A stretch of 61,707 nt of DNA, filler included, from Candidatus Omnitrophota bacterium (GTDB lineage Bacteria > Omnitrophota > Gorgyraeia > Zapsychrales > JBDRMG01), in assembly GCA_043812495.1 (NCBI GenBank). It is 6 parts of 6 records of this genome, joined end to end, with 100 filler letters (N's around TTAATTAATTAA, not from the genome) between each part and the next. Parts side by side here need not be neighbours in the genome. Positions count along the whole stretch, not along the records: positions 10,186 to 30,267 come from JBDRMG010000045.1; 5 more parts are not named here. One strand, 5' to 3'. The notes beneath the pieces are model-generated. The model saw only the letters and a list, made by a program, of their open reading frames with translations, searched no databases and was not told the DNA's origin. The translations under genes and the position numbers were made by a program. Shown in pieces: positions 10,086 through 22,100 of this stretch; positions within the stretch are counted from its first letter, which is position 1, and every line of letters begins with the position of its first letter.

Positions 10086-10185
10086 NNNNNNNNNNNNNNN
10101 NNNNNNNNNNNNNNNNNNNNNNNNNNNNNTTAATTAATTAANNNNNNNNNNNNNNNNNNNNNNNNNNNNNNNNNNNNNNNNNNNN
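10086..10185. other. Artificial contig linker (also at 30268-30367, 34771-34870, 47515-47614, 59288-59387)
   Basis: N44-TTAATTAATTAA-N44, which places stops in all six frames. Confidence 0.99.
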
Positions 10186-10326
10186 TGTGTTTCTTCTTTT
10201 TAGTGTTAGAATGCTTTAGCTCCATATGACCTCCTGTTTTTTGTTTGTTTCCACTTACAAATTAACAGTTTTTTTGGTCTTTGGAGCTTTTTTCTTATTT
10301 TGTCTCACTTAATGTTACAATCTTTC
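10186..10326 (-). mobile_element. Probable left end of a multicopy insertion sequence (IS30-like) with the first 13 codons of its gene
   Basis: 141 bp identical to 47615-47755. On the minus strand: end GAAAGATTGTAACATTAAGTGAGACA, AGGAGG RBS, and ATG at 10225 giving MELKHSNTKKKKH, reminiscent of IS30 transposase N-termini. Confidence 0.5.
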
Positions 10327-10352
10327 GGGACGTTGATGATAGTATTACACTA

Positions 10353-10381
10353 TTGACGGAAAGCAGATCAACTGTTAATAT
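10353..10381 (+). promoter_or_regulatory. Sigma70 promoter for RAYT, probably giving a leaderless mRNA
   Basis: TTGACG-N17-TAATAT with a TG extension; the ATG is 6 nt downstream and there is no SD. Confidence 0.55.
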
Positions 10382-10387
10382 GTCCGC

Positions 10388-11383
10388 ATGCCACGTCAAG
10401 CTCGATTGGATTATCCGGGCGCTCTCCACCATGTGATTGCCCGCGGAATAGACGGTATCGAGATTTTTCAAACAGAAAAAGAAAAGCAAGCCTTCCTCTC
10501 TCGCCTTAAAAAACGCCTGTCTGAAAGCAATCTTCAAATTTATTCCTGGTGCCTCATGGACAATCATTGTCATTTGTTGATCCAAACCGGAAAAACATCG
10601 CTTTCAGAATTTATGCAGTCAGTCTTAACGGGTTATGCCGTTTTTTATAATAAAGCTCATAAGCGCAAAGGATATGTATTTCAGAATCGATATAAATCCA
10701 TTCTTTGCCAAACGGACGAATATCTCTTGCCGCTCATTCGCTATATTCACTTGAATCCTGTTAAGGCCAAGGTTGTGACTTTTGACAATCTTGCTCAGTA
10801 TCTCTGGACGGGGCATAAGGAGTTGATCCAAAATTCAAAAGAAGGAATTATTAATTCTCTTGAGGTCTTAAGGTTTTTTGGCACAAAACAGAATGAAGCG
10901 AGAAAGGCCTACCTCGAATATTTGAGAAATGGTCTGAGCAGCCAAGAAGATTTTATGGGGGGAGGGCTCATCAGGAGCCTGGGAGGGATAGAAGCAGCGC
11001 AGCGAATAACTAAAGAGGAAAGACAAAATTATGATGAAAGGATTTTGGGAGAAGGGAGCTTTGTGAACGAAGTTTTGAGCCGGTTGGAAATAGTAACGGA
11101 AGAAAAAAGAAAGATATTTAAAGATATCGATGAATTATTAGAACGGTTAGAGCGTTATTATCATGTTAAGAAAGAAGACATTTTGAGAGGTCAAAACAAA
11201 AAAGTGCGGGAAGCAAGAAATGTTTTGGTATATTTGAGCAATGCCTGTTTAGGAGAAAGCTTAACAGCGATAGGGAAAATACTCAAAATTAAACAGTCCT
11301 CAGCCAGTAGGGCTAAGCGGAAAGGCCAAGAGGTTGCGGCTCAAAAGGCCATTCTTGATCAATTGTTAGAAGATAGAAGATAG
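10388..11383 (+). CDS. REP-associated tyrosine (Y1/HUH, IS200-like) transposase with C-terminal DnaA-like HTH
   Basis: N-terminus MPRQARLDYPGALHHVIARG; HUH motif in MDNHCHLL; FQNRYKS; YIHLNPV catalytic Tyr region; helical C-terminal HTH. Confidence 0.9.
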   Translation: MPRQARLDYPGALHHVIARGIDGIEIFQTEKEKQAFLSRLKKRLSESNLQIYSWCLMDNHCHLLIQTGKTSLSEFMQSVLTGYAVFYNKAHKRKGYVFQNRYKSILCQTDEYLLPLIRYIHLNPVKAKVVTFDNLAQYLWTGHKELIQNSKEGIINSLEVLRFFGTKQNEARKAYLEYLRNGLSSQEDFMGGGLIRSLGGIEAAQRITKEERQNYDERILGEGSFVNEVLSRLEIVTEEKRKIFKDIDELLERLERYYHVKKEDILRGQNKKVREARNVLVYLSNACLGESLTAIGKILKIKQSSASRAKRKGQEVAAQKAILDQLLEDRR

Positions 11384-11515
11384 GGGACGTTGATGATAGT
11401 ATTACATTATTAAATAGCATGAGAAGGCACGAGCTATTCAAAAGAAATCAATTCACCCGATGCGTCCCCTGAATACTAAACTATCATAGAATCATCAACG
11501 TCCCCTGCTAGGACG

Positions 11516-12060
11516 TCAACGTCCCCTGCTAGGAAAACCCCCGTATTCCAGAAGATTTTCCAAAGCATGATTGGCGCTTGGTTTGCAATCAAGAATGTTA
11601 AGAATAAACATACAGGCGCCTTTAGTCATATTAAGATCAATTTCCGGATTTCCACATGACTCCCTTAGGGTTAAGGGGAACAAATGGAAGGTAAAATACC
11701 GCCCGGAAAGGCTATTCCCGGTTCTTCCGGAGATGTCTATTTTTGCCGAACCTGCTACGATGAACTGATAGCGGTTCTCTGCTTCATCAGAAATCCCTTT
11801 AAGGATGTTCTTCCATTTTGGCATTTTATAGATCTCATCAAAACAATCCCAATGCCTTTTTTGTTTTGATGGGGAAGATCTCGCGTAAAGAATAATTCCT
11901 GTTGTTTGTAGCGTTCCCGCACCGTTCGCAGGTCCCATAGATAATACAGTTGCTGTGTATGTTATTGGTTCAGCTTTTCTTTAGAAAGGGTGGTCTTAAC
12001 GGATTGACGAGAACCGGTCACGAAGCGCATCTGCCGGCCCCATTGACGGGAGAAAGCAAT
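11516..12060 (-). pseudogene. Frameshifted, truncated AAA+ ATPase (AAA_14/DUF4143-type)
   Basis: Fragments in different frames: GRQMRFVTGSRQSVKTTL (degenerate Walker A), LYYLWD, FDEIYKMPKWKNILKG, VAGSA, SLSGR, LLEYGGFP. It ends abruptly at a REP copy. Confidence 0.75.
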
Positions 12061-12723
12061 CGAGAATAATGACCGCTGGATTATATGACTAATTTATAAT
12101 ATCGTTTAAAATAGTCAAGGATATTTAATGGTATGATTTAAAATGGTCAGATATTCTGGATGCTGAGAAGAAAACGAACAGAGGACAAAAATGGGGACGT
12201 TGATGATTATATTACATGAACAGAAATCCTGAAAAAGCATAAACTAAAAATCAGTCATCAACGTTCCAAAATAAGGGATTTTTCAATAAGCGCTTGAGTT
12301 ATTCAATGAAATGACAGACAAAGCCACGCGAATTTATGTGGACTGAACAATAATGAGCGAGGGAGCTAAAAAATACAAAACCCCCGATGCTCTCATCATC
12401 ATTTGCAATTTCCAGAAGTATCATGAAGTCATCAACGTCCCCTAAATATTAAATGTCCAGAATAAATTTCTATGAACGAGAAATGTCCACTCTGTGATTT
12501 TTTATCATCTGGTAGATGAAGGTGAATATTCTTGTGTATTGGTTTTGAATTTTATGCGCGAAATAAATCATTTGCTAGGCAGATTTTTATGTAAAATTTA
12601 AGAAAATCTCCTCGAAAAACCAATTTTCAGAAAAAATAAAAAAAATTTTTTAGAAATTTTCTAAGATAATTGTAACCCCCTTTATTTTCATATCTTATGT
12701 AATATCCAATCAGTCCTGTTTCC

Positions 12724-12751
12724 TTGACTTGTATATATAATATGTTATATT
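12724..12751 (+). promoter_or_regulatory. Sigma70 promoter upstream of the riboswitch-like leader and giant gene 2
   Basis: TTGACT at 12724; extended -10 TG-N-TATATT at 12743-12751. Confidence 0.5.
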
Positions 12752-12769
12752 TAAGATGCAGTTGACGGA

Positions 12770-12861
12770 AACGAAAAGGTGCCCGCCATTGAAGCGTTGG
12801 CGGATGCAAAGCCACGGAAATCCCAAAGAATATCCGGGAATTTTTATATCGGGCTGCCGAA
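12770..12861 (+). ncRNA. c-di-GMP-I (GEMM-I)-like riboswitch aptamer
   Basis: Hairpin CCGCCA/TGGCGG followed by (GG)ATGCAAAGCCACGG and a 3' CGGGCTGCCGAA, resembling GEMM-I hallmarks; overlaps an intrinsic terminator. The first loop is not the canonical GNRA. Confidence 0.55.
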
Positions 12862-12894
12862 ATCCGTAAAGAATTCGGCAGCCCTTTTTATTTT
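12851..12894 (+). terminator. Intrinsic terminator/attenuator in the leader of giant gene 2
   Basis: 11-bp stem GGGCTGCCGAA/TTCGGCAGCCC followed by TTTTTATTTT. Confidence 0.85.
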
Positions 12895-12924
12895 CCATTT
12901 TAGCACTAGATCCATAAAGCCACG

Positions 12925-12944
12925 CCTGCCTGCCGGCAGGCAGG
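12925..12944. repeat. Perfect 20-bp palindrome CCTGCCTGCCGGCAGGCAGG (REP-like) within AAGCCACGG repeats
   Basis: Perfect self-complementarity, read directly from the sequence. Confidence 0.85.
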
Positions 12945-13117
12945 GAAGCCACGGAAGCCACGGAAAATGAAAAAAGATATAAAAAAGCCACGGAATCTAT
13001 TATTAATTAATAATAGATTTTTTTATATTTTGATTGGACATAAACTTACGCCCTGTATCAATGAAAAACAATTGATACAGGGCTTTTCCATAAATGGACA
13101 ATTCTCGGTGAACAAAT

Positions 13118-16100
13118 ATGTTTAACAGACTGGACAAATACAACAATCTGGATTCTGATGACTCTGACCGTTTTGATGAATATGACGGTTCTAAGGGTTC
13201 TGATGACTCCGGTTTTGACGGTTCTGATGACTCCGGATTTGATGGCTCTGATTTTGAGCCGGAAAAACAGCCGCAAGAGCAGGAGCCTTTTAAGAGCCGC
13301 TTCAAATCCTGGATCAGAACCGCTGCCTTGATTGTTGTCCTGGTTTTTGTCCCCGAACAAATCAGCTGGGCTATTAATTATAATCCTTATGTGCTGCATA
13401 AGCGCCAGGCGGCTCACTATGTCGATCCGGATGCCTCAAAAGAAGACCTGACGTCCGCGCGCATTGCCGGCAATGTCGAATATTTCCTGCGCCAAATTTC
13501 CTATCAACAAAACCCCGAACTTCGCTTAAGACTGACCAATAATAATCTCTCCGGAGCCGAATCCGATTCAACTGCGCCCTCCATTTTGATCACCTCACAG
13601 CGGTTCTACACGGACCGGGAAATCGACACAATTTACAACTGGCTGCGCGAACCGAGCATCTACCCCTTAAACTGCAGTATCTACGCCCTCAAAGACATTC
13701 TCACAAGCCATGAGATTGACACAACCCTGGAAGAACTTTCCGTGGTCTCATTGCTTGCGGATTTGATGAATGACATCATCCGCCCCGGTGAGCCGAAACT
13801 CAAGACTTCATTGTTTGCCATCAACGAAGTGGCCAAGGCTTATGGCCTCGATTATAAAGCCCTGAAAGTCCTTCCGTATGAGCTTTGGACCATAAAGACG
13901 CCTTTTATGGCCAACTTGAAAAGCGAGCACTTTGTCATGGTCACAGGCATGGATGAAGAGAATGTCTATTACACCGATATCGGCCAGGCCAAATTTATGC
14001 CCAGAGACGTGTTTAGCAATGAATTCAGCGGTTTTGTTTTGGCTCCGCCTTCCGACAATCTTCAGGAGGCCCGGCTGGTTTCAGAGTCCATGATGGCCTT
14101 TGTCTGGGGCTCGCAGTACCGCCACCGTGAAGGTAATCTGCCCGGTCTGTATACGAATTCGGACATGCTTGCTTTTGGAGCTATGACAGCACTTTCCTTT
14201 GCCATGTCAGTAGATATGAACCAATATTTCGTTCAATCGGGCGCGAACGAACTTTTTGGTGCATTCGCCGAATGGAAAGTGGCCACTGGAAAATGGGATG
14301 TGGATGATGCCGCCTTGTTTACAACGGTCGGAAGCAGCGCGGTTGGAATGGGCTACAAAGGATTCAGCAAACCACAAACAGAAATACCATATGCTCCTTA
14401 CTCCACAGGCCAGAAAATCGGCCATATGTTTGAAGGCATGGGCATCGGCGGCTTGGACGGTTTTTCGAAATATTACTTAAACAAATTAATTATTGATCCG
14501 GTTACAGATAAGATTACGGAAAGACTTGATATCCATTCGGACATTGTTAATCAGGGAATCAAGATGTTGTTAACCCGGGCGATTTCCGCTCCCCTGAGAA
14601 TAGCTTCGCTTAAAATGATTGATTTTGCGGGTGATAAGCTGCTGCCGGGATTTGATAAAGGGTGGTATCAGGATTGGTGGGCTTCAGCCGAAATAAAAGA
14701 CGGCCAGCAGGTAAAATTTTCAGACATGGGCTTGTTTGACAGCATGTGGAGCGAATTCAGCTCTCCCGACAACTTGACCTCCATGCTTTATACGGCAGGG
14801 AGCACGACGGTCCAGTATTCTTACAAACAATTGATTGATCCCGATTATGACCCCTCAAAAGATCTTTTGGCGGGCGCCCTGATGGATTGGACCATCATGG
14901 AACTGTCGGAGATGGGTTTAAAATACCTGGCGCCGGATTATTATCGGCAGATGAAAGAAGAAGAGAACAAAATTAGAGAAGATGCAAAAAAGCTGGGCAA
15001 AGAAATAGGCGCGACCGGCTGGAAACTCCTGGCCCAGAAAGGCCTTAAGGTCATGGAATTAAGCATCATCGCCCTGGCCTATCAAAGCCTCATGAGAAAA
15101 TATGTTAAGACAAGCAAAAACGACGACAAACCCTTTACGCCCATGGAATTTCACGCCCTCGCGTTTTTTACCACGTCTTTGGCCTCGGGAACCATCGGCG
15201 CTCTTTTGGGCAGGGAAGATGACACGAGCGGCGGTGACGTAGAAGATCCAAGCTTTTTCAAGAAAGTATGGTCCAATTTCTCTGTTGAATTATCCAACAT
15301 GTCCAACAGTTATTTTTCGTATGCCGGGTCCGCGCCCGCGGCCGGGCAAGGCTGGAAACTTCAGGATTGGGACCGATTCATCGATAAGTCCGTTGAGTTT
15401 ACGGGCTTTACGCCGGAGTTCGCCAAACAGATGAACTCCACGTATGACATGATGAAGCGGCAGAACGCCATTTCCTCAGACCCCAAGTCGGACGAAGAAC
15501 TGGACAGGCAATTTAGACAGTTGGTCATGGATTCCCTCAGCGCAAGCAGACTCAACGCGGCCACCTACATGTTCCAGGAACTGGCCAAGGCAAGTGTCCA
15601 CAATTTTTATGACGGCTTGAGCTTCGTCGGAACCCGCATTGCCGGCAATCATTTCAGCCCCCACTGGATGGGTCTGGATAGTCGCTTTTGGAATAAAGGA
15701 AAAATTAATTCAACGGGCACGGCCGAAAAAGAGGCAACAAAAGTAGTCATGTACACCCTGGGCGTCCAGCCGGTCGGCTCATTGATCCAGATTCACTATA
15801 ACGTCTCGGGCTCATGGAATCCCAGAAAAATCGCCGCGCCGATCGGCATGATTTTTGACCCCCATGAAGAGACTTCCGGCCGGGAAACTTCCGGCGGCGG
15901 GCCCGGCTTGCGGCTATTATTAAGCACAGGCGTCGAAAAGAAGATTTTATTCAGAAACGAGGAAGCAGGCGATTCTCTCCAAAACGGATTTCAAGAAAAA
16001 TTTCAGCTGAGCACCGATTCCTCGTTTGCCTCAAGCCAGGAGTCATCGCTCGCTTCCAAGAAACGTCTATTCATCAAATACTTCAGCGAAAGAGAGAACA

Positions 16101-19100
16101 ATATCCGAGGCTGGGCCAAGTATGATTTAAGCCTCAACCCGCCCAAAGGATTGGATGAAAGATTCGCGGCCAAGGGAATATCAGAAGGCGGAACGATCGT
16201 GTCCTATATCTATGATCTTAACGATCCCCGAAGCGCCCAGGACAAATCGCATGAGCTCAGCAATCTCATTTTGCTTGGGCCGCAGGAAAGAGGAAAACCC
16301 TCCTTCTTTATTTTTTCCCAAGAGACGGACGCCGGCCTGGAAAAAATAGGCGACCTTTCGGTCGTCATGAACCATGAATTCAAAGACGGCAACACACTCG
16401 CCTTGAATTATCAGAAAGTACGAATGGTCGACGGAAGTTCGGTCATTCTCTATAACCGTTCGGCCGGCCAAAAAGGCAAAGACGCGAGCGCCTATGTGAA
16501 CCTGATGGTTTCCCCGGCCGACTTTGCGGCCAAGGCCATGGCGGGCCAGGGATTTTCCATTCATCTGTTTAATCTGGACGGCAATATCATCATGGCCAAA
16601 GCGGGAAAGACCGGCGGAGAAAATGACGAGTCAGGCACAACCATCAAAATGCCGGCTAACGAAATCGACCTTACATTTCCCAACGCAAACGGGAATAATA
16701 TCAGCCTGGCTTTACTCTCGAAAATGTTAACGGACAATAAGAATCAAGAGTTCCTTGCCCTTGCAAAGGAAAAGGAATTCTATGGCCGTCTTAAAGAAAA
16801 CCCCGAGTTGTTGCTGGCTTCCCTTGATACGTCAATTTCTCGTGAGGTGTGGGAGAGTATATGGAGCTCCGAAGAATCTAAGAAAAAGCAGCCGGACAAT
16901 TACTACGCCACTCGAGGCTCCAAGTATGGCGAAATCCTGATCGAGAATGAAAACGGAGACATAGAAAAGCTCGACCTCATGGACGTGCTATTCAGCTTCT
17001 CCGAAGGGAAAAATCCACAAGGTCTTTTGGTGGGCTCTTTGGGTCTGGATTTTCTGGGCGTGGCCAAAAACGGCGCGAACGTTTCTGTTTACGCGAGCGG
17101 GGACTATCTTAGGGAAAATTTTGGGGAGAACTATCGTCAAGGCGCCGAAAACGCTTTGCAGGGGCCGACCGCTCAAGCGGATCCGGATAGCCTCAATATT
17201 AGAGTGGATGATCCCAAGGGTGACGTCGGCGGTTTTGAGCAGGATCAAGAGAACGATAAATTCGCCTGGCGTTTGAGAAAGGCCGGTGACCAGGTCTATT
17301 TTCACGGCCCTCGGCTGAGTCCTCTCGAGGACCCCATGGGCGTGCGCAACGAAAACATCGCCCGGCCCTACTGGAAAGCGGGATTGGTGTATAAAAATGA
17401 AATGCCGCATGGCGCCGAAATGACTTTACCCGTAGGTCTGGATCAATACGGCAGTTTATCTATCGCTCAGATTACCAAAGTGACGGGTAAAGACGGAACA
17501 AATTCTTACAAGGTTTACAATCCTGAAACAAAACAAGAAGAAACAGTCCAGACCACCGACGAATATCTCCTCCAGCTCGGCCGCACCGCCATGAATATCG
17601 GCGGAAGCCAGGTGGTGGATCATTTTATTTCCTACGGCCGCTCCTCAGAGCGCGAAGAAAATCTCGAATTTAAAGGCAAGCATTTATCTTTAGGTTTTGG
17701 AAAAGGCTTTGTCAAAGTCGCGGACAAAAGCCTCAGCGAAGATCAAACCCAAATCGTTGAGAAGCTGTCGATGCCTCAGATGAAAGGCGCAACCTATGGG
17801 AATAATTTCATCGACGGCCGCCATATGGACAGCAAAGAAATCACCGATGGCTTTAAACTTAAGAAAAATATCGTCTCCAACGAAAGCCTGAAGCGCGCGG
17901 TCACAGGCCTCAATAGAGAGTACTCGGACATCTTAGAAAATCTTCTCATGCAGGCCTCTGATATCGACGAGAACGCGGGTATCGATGACCTTCGCCAGAA
18001 AGCCGGGGCCATCGATGAAGCGACCGCGAGCGCGGATGAGTTGAAATTTAAAAAAGCCGTTGGCCAGCTGTCCGGGGCCTGGGAGAATAAAGATTTTCAA
18101 AAAATCGAAAAGTTTTCAACGCGTTTTGATTCTGACAAAGATCAGAATGACAGGGAAGACAAAGACGCGTTCCATTTCAGCCAAGAAGACCAGGATAAAA
18201 TAGATCAGTCCATCAGCGATTATAAGTCCAAGAAAGCCGCCGGCCAATTATGGGGCGCGACGGATATCAATGTCATCACAAAAGCCATGTGGAATCTCGG
18301 CACGGAAGACAGAGAAAAAGTTCAAAAAGCCCTGGCCGACGAAAGATACCGCAGCGTTCCCTTGGTGATTGAAGGCGACTGGGTGGACCGCTCTCATGAA
18401 GACCAGACAGATTTCAGCTTTGTCACGATCAAGGCCACAACGTATAACAAAGACGGAATTCCCAAAGAAGTTGTCCTGAGGGATCCCCGTAAATATGCCA
18501 AGAGTCTGGATTTCGTCATTCCTGAATCGGGGCTTTACGTCACGGGTTCCGACGGGGAGCTTAAGGATTTTGCCGGTTCGCCGGACGGCGAATATACCAC
18601 CTACTCAGGCCGCATGGAGTTCACCATCGACGGCAATTCCCCGTCCAATCTCAAAAGCCATCAGTTCACGCCCGGCGCCTATTGGAAGTTGCCCGCGGTC
18701 GCCGGCAACGCCAAAGACGGAGATTTCAACCGCTACATGACCCGCGACTGGAAGTGGTCATCGGGTAAAGGCGCCCAAGGCGCTATCTATGTGGATTTAG
18801 CGGGCCGCGCCATCGGCGAATTCGGGGTCGGCAAGGATACCGTGTCCAGGCTGCCCTTTATCAGCCAAAATGTTTCGTCCCGAACGCAAAGAACACCCAC
18901 ATACCTCCTCGTTCTGCTCATAGGAGCGGATCCTCAAATATTGGAGGAGCAGAATGTCGCAAGTCTCCTTAATGCCGAAGGAGGTCAAGAGGTATTGAAT
19001 AAATTGGGTGAGTACTTAAGGAAAATCGGTGTCAGCAAAGTTGATGTTGAATTGGCCAAACAGAGCTTAAAAGCAGGCGAATACGATAAATTTTATTCAG

Positions 19101-22100
19101 ACTATTACACGCAAGAAGTCCGTCAATCAACAGGACTTGATCTTTCCGGCGATAAAGACAAAGCCTTTTTGCTCGCGGAACATTCCGCCAAAATCAAATA
19201 CGGCGGCGATTTTCTCTGGAAGCGGGGCGCGGCATGGACGCCGTACCACGGATTCGATAGCGCCGGCGGCCTGTCCAACAATGACGGAACCAAGCCCTAT
19301 ATGCTCGAAACCATGTACACACTCGGCAAAGACGGGCGGAAAAAGATTGTCTACCAAGAGAAAAATTCCGATATCGACATCATCCTCGGACCTTACCGCG
19401 ATCCCATTCTCGTGGCCGATCACCTGACAAACTTTTCCTTTGTTGCCGCTGGCGAAGGGGAATCTGCGCTTCACCAAGGCACAGTGCAGGTTGAAGCCCT
19501 TAAGGATGGGCAGGGAAACGACATCACGCCTTTTTTCAATAAATACACAGCCATCGCGACCGGCGAAGACCAAGATAGCGTGGCCCCGGGCAAATTCGTT
19601 TTGCAAACGGGCATGATCAGAGAAGACGGTTCTGAGCAGATGAACGTGGACCAGGTCTTTGCGGCCCGCAGGTACATAACAACGGAAAAAGGCGCGTATC
19701 TGGGCCTGCCGGGTCTGGGCTTAAGAAAATATTCACCAGGCGAAAAGGGCGGTCCTGTTATCCATTATATGCCCCAGGCCACGGCAGACGGGCAAACAAT
19801 TGACGTGCCCCTGGTTCTTGAGGGAACCAAAGAAGAAACCGTCTTTGGCGAGCTTCACGCGGGCATTGTTCCTGACGATTACAAGGAAGGAAAATACAGC
19901 GGTTCAGTGTTCTTAAAAAGTTTCGCCAAAGGCAGCTCGTTCACCCGCGGCGAGAATAAAGGCTTCGCTATCAATGGAGTTATCGTCGGTTATAACGGCG
20001 CGGATATTCCGGATGAAGGAACCGAGGTCAGCGTTTCGCCTCTGATTATCTCTGATGGGGGAAAAACCCACGCCCTCGCCTATTCCGGCCAAAAGGGCGG
20101 GTATTGGTCGAAAAAAGATGAGTCCTGGATTCATCAGTGGGCCAATGAGGCAGGTGATAAAAGCTCGTTCGATGTCGCCGTTCGCAATATCAACACCGGA
20201 GACGCTGATCCCGACAAATCAAAAGGTCTTGAGAGCAAATTTCCGGAGAGCGTTGATAAAGAATTAAACAAACCGGAAAACCGGTATATCCATTCCAACA
20301 TCACGTTAATGAACAATGAGCCAAAACGCTCATTTACATTAAGCGGTGTTAATTACGACGTGCATAAAGCTCAAATAACCAGCTTGTCGGCTTATGATTC
20401 TTCCTTCGGATCCATTGCCTCGCCGGGTGCGTTTATTCTTCCCACCAAAGCGGGCATAGTCAGCGGCGGGGTTACGCAAACAGTCAGCAAAGAGGCTGCC
20501 GATAAAGCCCTGGCGGGCTTAACACAAAGACTGTTTGACCCAAGCGAAAATTACGAAAAAATTCAAGAAGCAATCAAGAATATCGAAACATTTATTTCAG
20601 AGTCCACGTTAAAAGACGGCCAGTATTCTTATCGCCACGGAAAAGAAGGCAAGCCCTTTGATCTCAACGGCATAAAGCTGTTTAAAGGAAATGACGACGA
20701 CCAGGCCGGACTTTATTTCGACGGCAAAAAAATGTATGCCCTTGTCGGCACGTGGTTGAAGCAGGAAAGCGTGACCGATCCGAGCAAGCCCGAAATCGGC
20801 AATTTTAAGGACGGCCAGCCTATTGATCCCAGCAAGCCGTGGACAGAGACCTTCGGCAAAACGGAAATGGTCGGAAAAATCATTGATGAAGGCGTCAATC
20901 AATTTGCCTACAAGAGCCAATTGCGTAACCTGACAACCATCTCGCATAAGGATCAATATGCCGCGGACCAGTCGGCCGAAACGGCGAGAAATACCATCGA
21001 TGCCCTTCCAAACCAATCACCCCTCATGATTGCCTTGGATAATATGGGATTGCTTGAACTCTCCCTTTCGAACAGCGACGAACTTCAATTGGATTCTGAC
21101 GCCACATTTGTTACCCCGAGCCCGGCGGCCCAAGATATGTCTTTAAATAAATTTGATAAAATGAGCAGAGACTTAACAGATGAGATAGCTTTGATATTCA
21201 CTGCTCCGGGTCAGGCGACTGACCTTCAAGACACGTCTCTGGAAGAATTTACGGAAATGAACAACGGCATATTAAATGAGATGGTTTCTATCGGCGAAGA
21301 GCATGACCGGCAAATCAACCAGAAAGTTTCTCATCCCGGATACGAAAATGGTCAAATCACTCAACATATCGAGGATTTTGCCATTGTCATAGGCAGTAAC
21401 GACACGCAAGATTTGATGACGCCCATGACGACCCTGAATGAAAACGGCGAAACCGTCACCACCGGCATGAGAGGAAATATCCATAAAATAGCATATATAC
21501 CTATTGAATTTACCTCTAAAGCGGCCGATGGCGCGGAAGGCACACTTGGCGCGGTCAGTCTTTTGCAGGGAAAAGACGGCTCTATGAATATACGCGCCAG
21601 ACAAGGCAAGTGGGTCACATACGAAAATCCTTATGATATAAAATCCAGCGAAGATGCCACCCAAAAAGCCTCAGACAGCATGACGGAGCATCCATCGGGC
21701 GGGGCTTCCCGAACAGCGGCTTACAGCTCAATTCGCGGATACACCATTCTTGATTTGGACAGAGATATCGGACCCGGCGGGGCCGTGGCGTATGACCAGC
21801 ACGGCAATGTTATGCCATTTGAGGCCTTTTCTCCTTTGGCTAACGGTTATTCGCCTCATTTAGATTTTTCCTACATCAATCCGTTTTCGGCCATCATGGG
21901 CGAAGGAAGCGTCGTCTGGCTTCCGGCAGGCGAATATTCGAGGGCCGCTGTTGATCAGGAAGTCAAAAACGCAGACGGGACCATTACGACAAAAAGAGAA
22001 GATAATCAAATCGTCAATTTGAATGCCGAAGGTTTTCCGCTGGGCTACAGGCTTAAAAGAGAAAAAGGAAATTTGGTCAGGGATTATTCCGACAGCGTGG

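Larger units (their letters stand above)
10327..12442. repeat. Cluster of GGGGACGTTGATGA REP-like repeats in both orientations around the RAYT gene
   Basis: Forward copies at 10327, 11383 and 12193; reverse copies at 11491-11505, 11516-11526, 12255-12267 and 12429-12442. A 23-bp direct repeat GGGACGTTGATGATAGTATTACA (10327-10349, 11384-11406) brackets the gene. Confidence 0.85.

Noticed and set aside
10086..10185. TTAATTAATTAA palindrome within N runs (five occurrences)
   Set aside because: Artificial contig-joining linker. ORF ends that fall in it are truncations, not real stops.
10327..12442. GGGGACGTTGATGA repeats as a CRISPR array
   Set aside because: Mixed orientations, irregular spacing from tens to ~1000 bp, and no cas genes; they fit REP-like repeats better.
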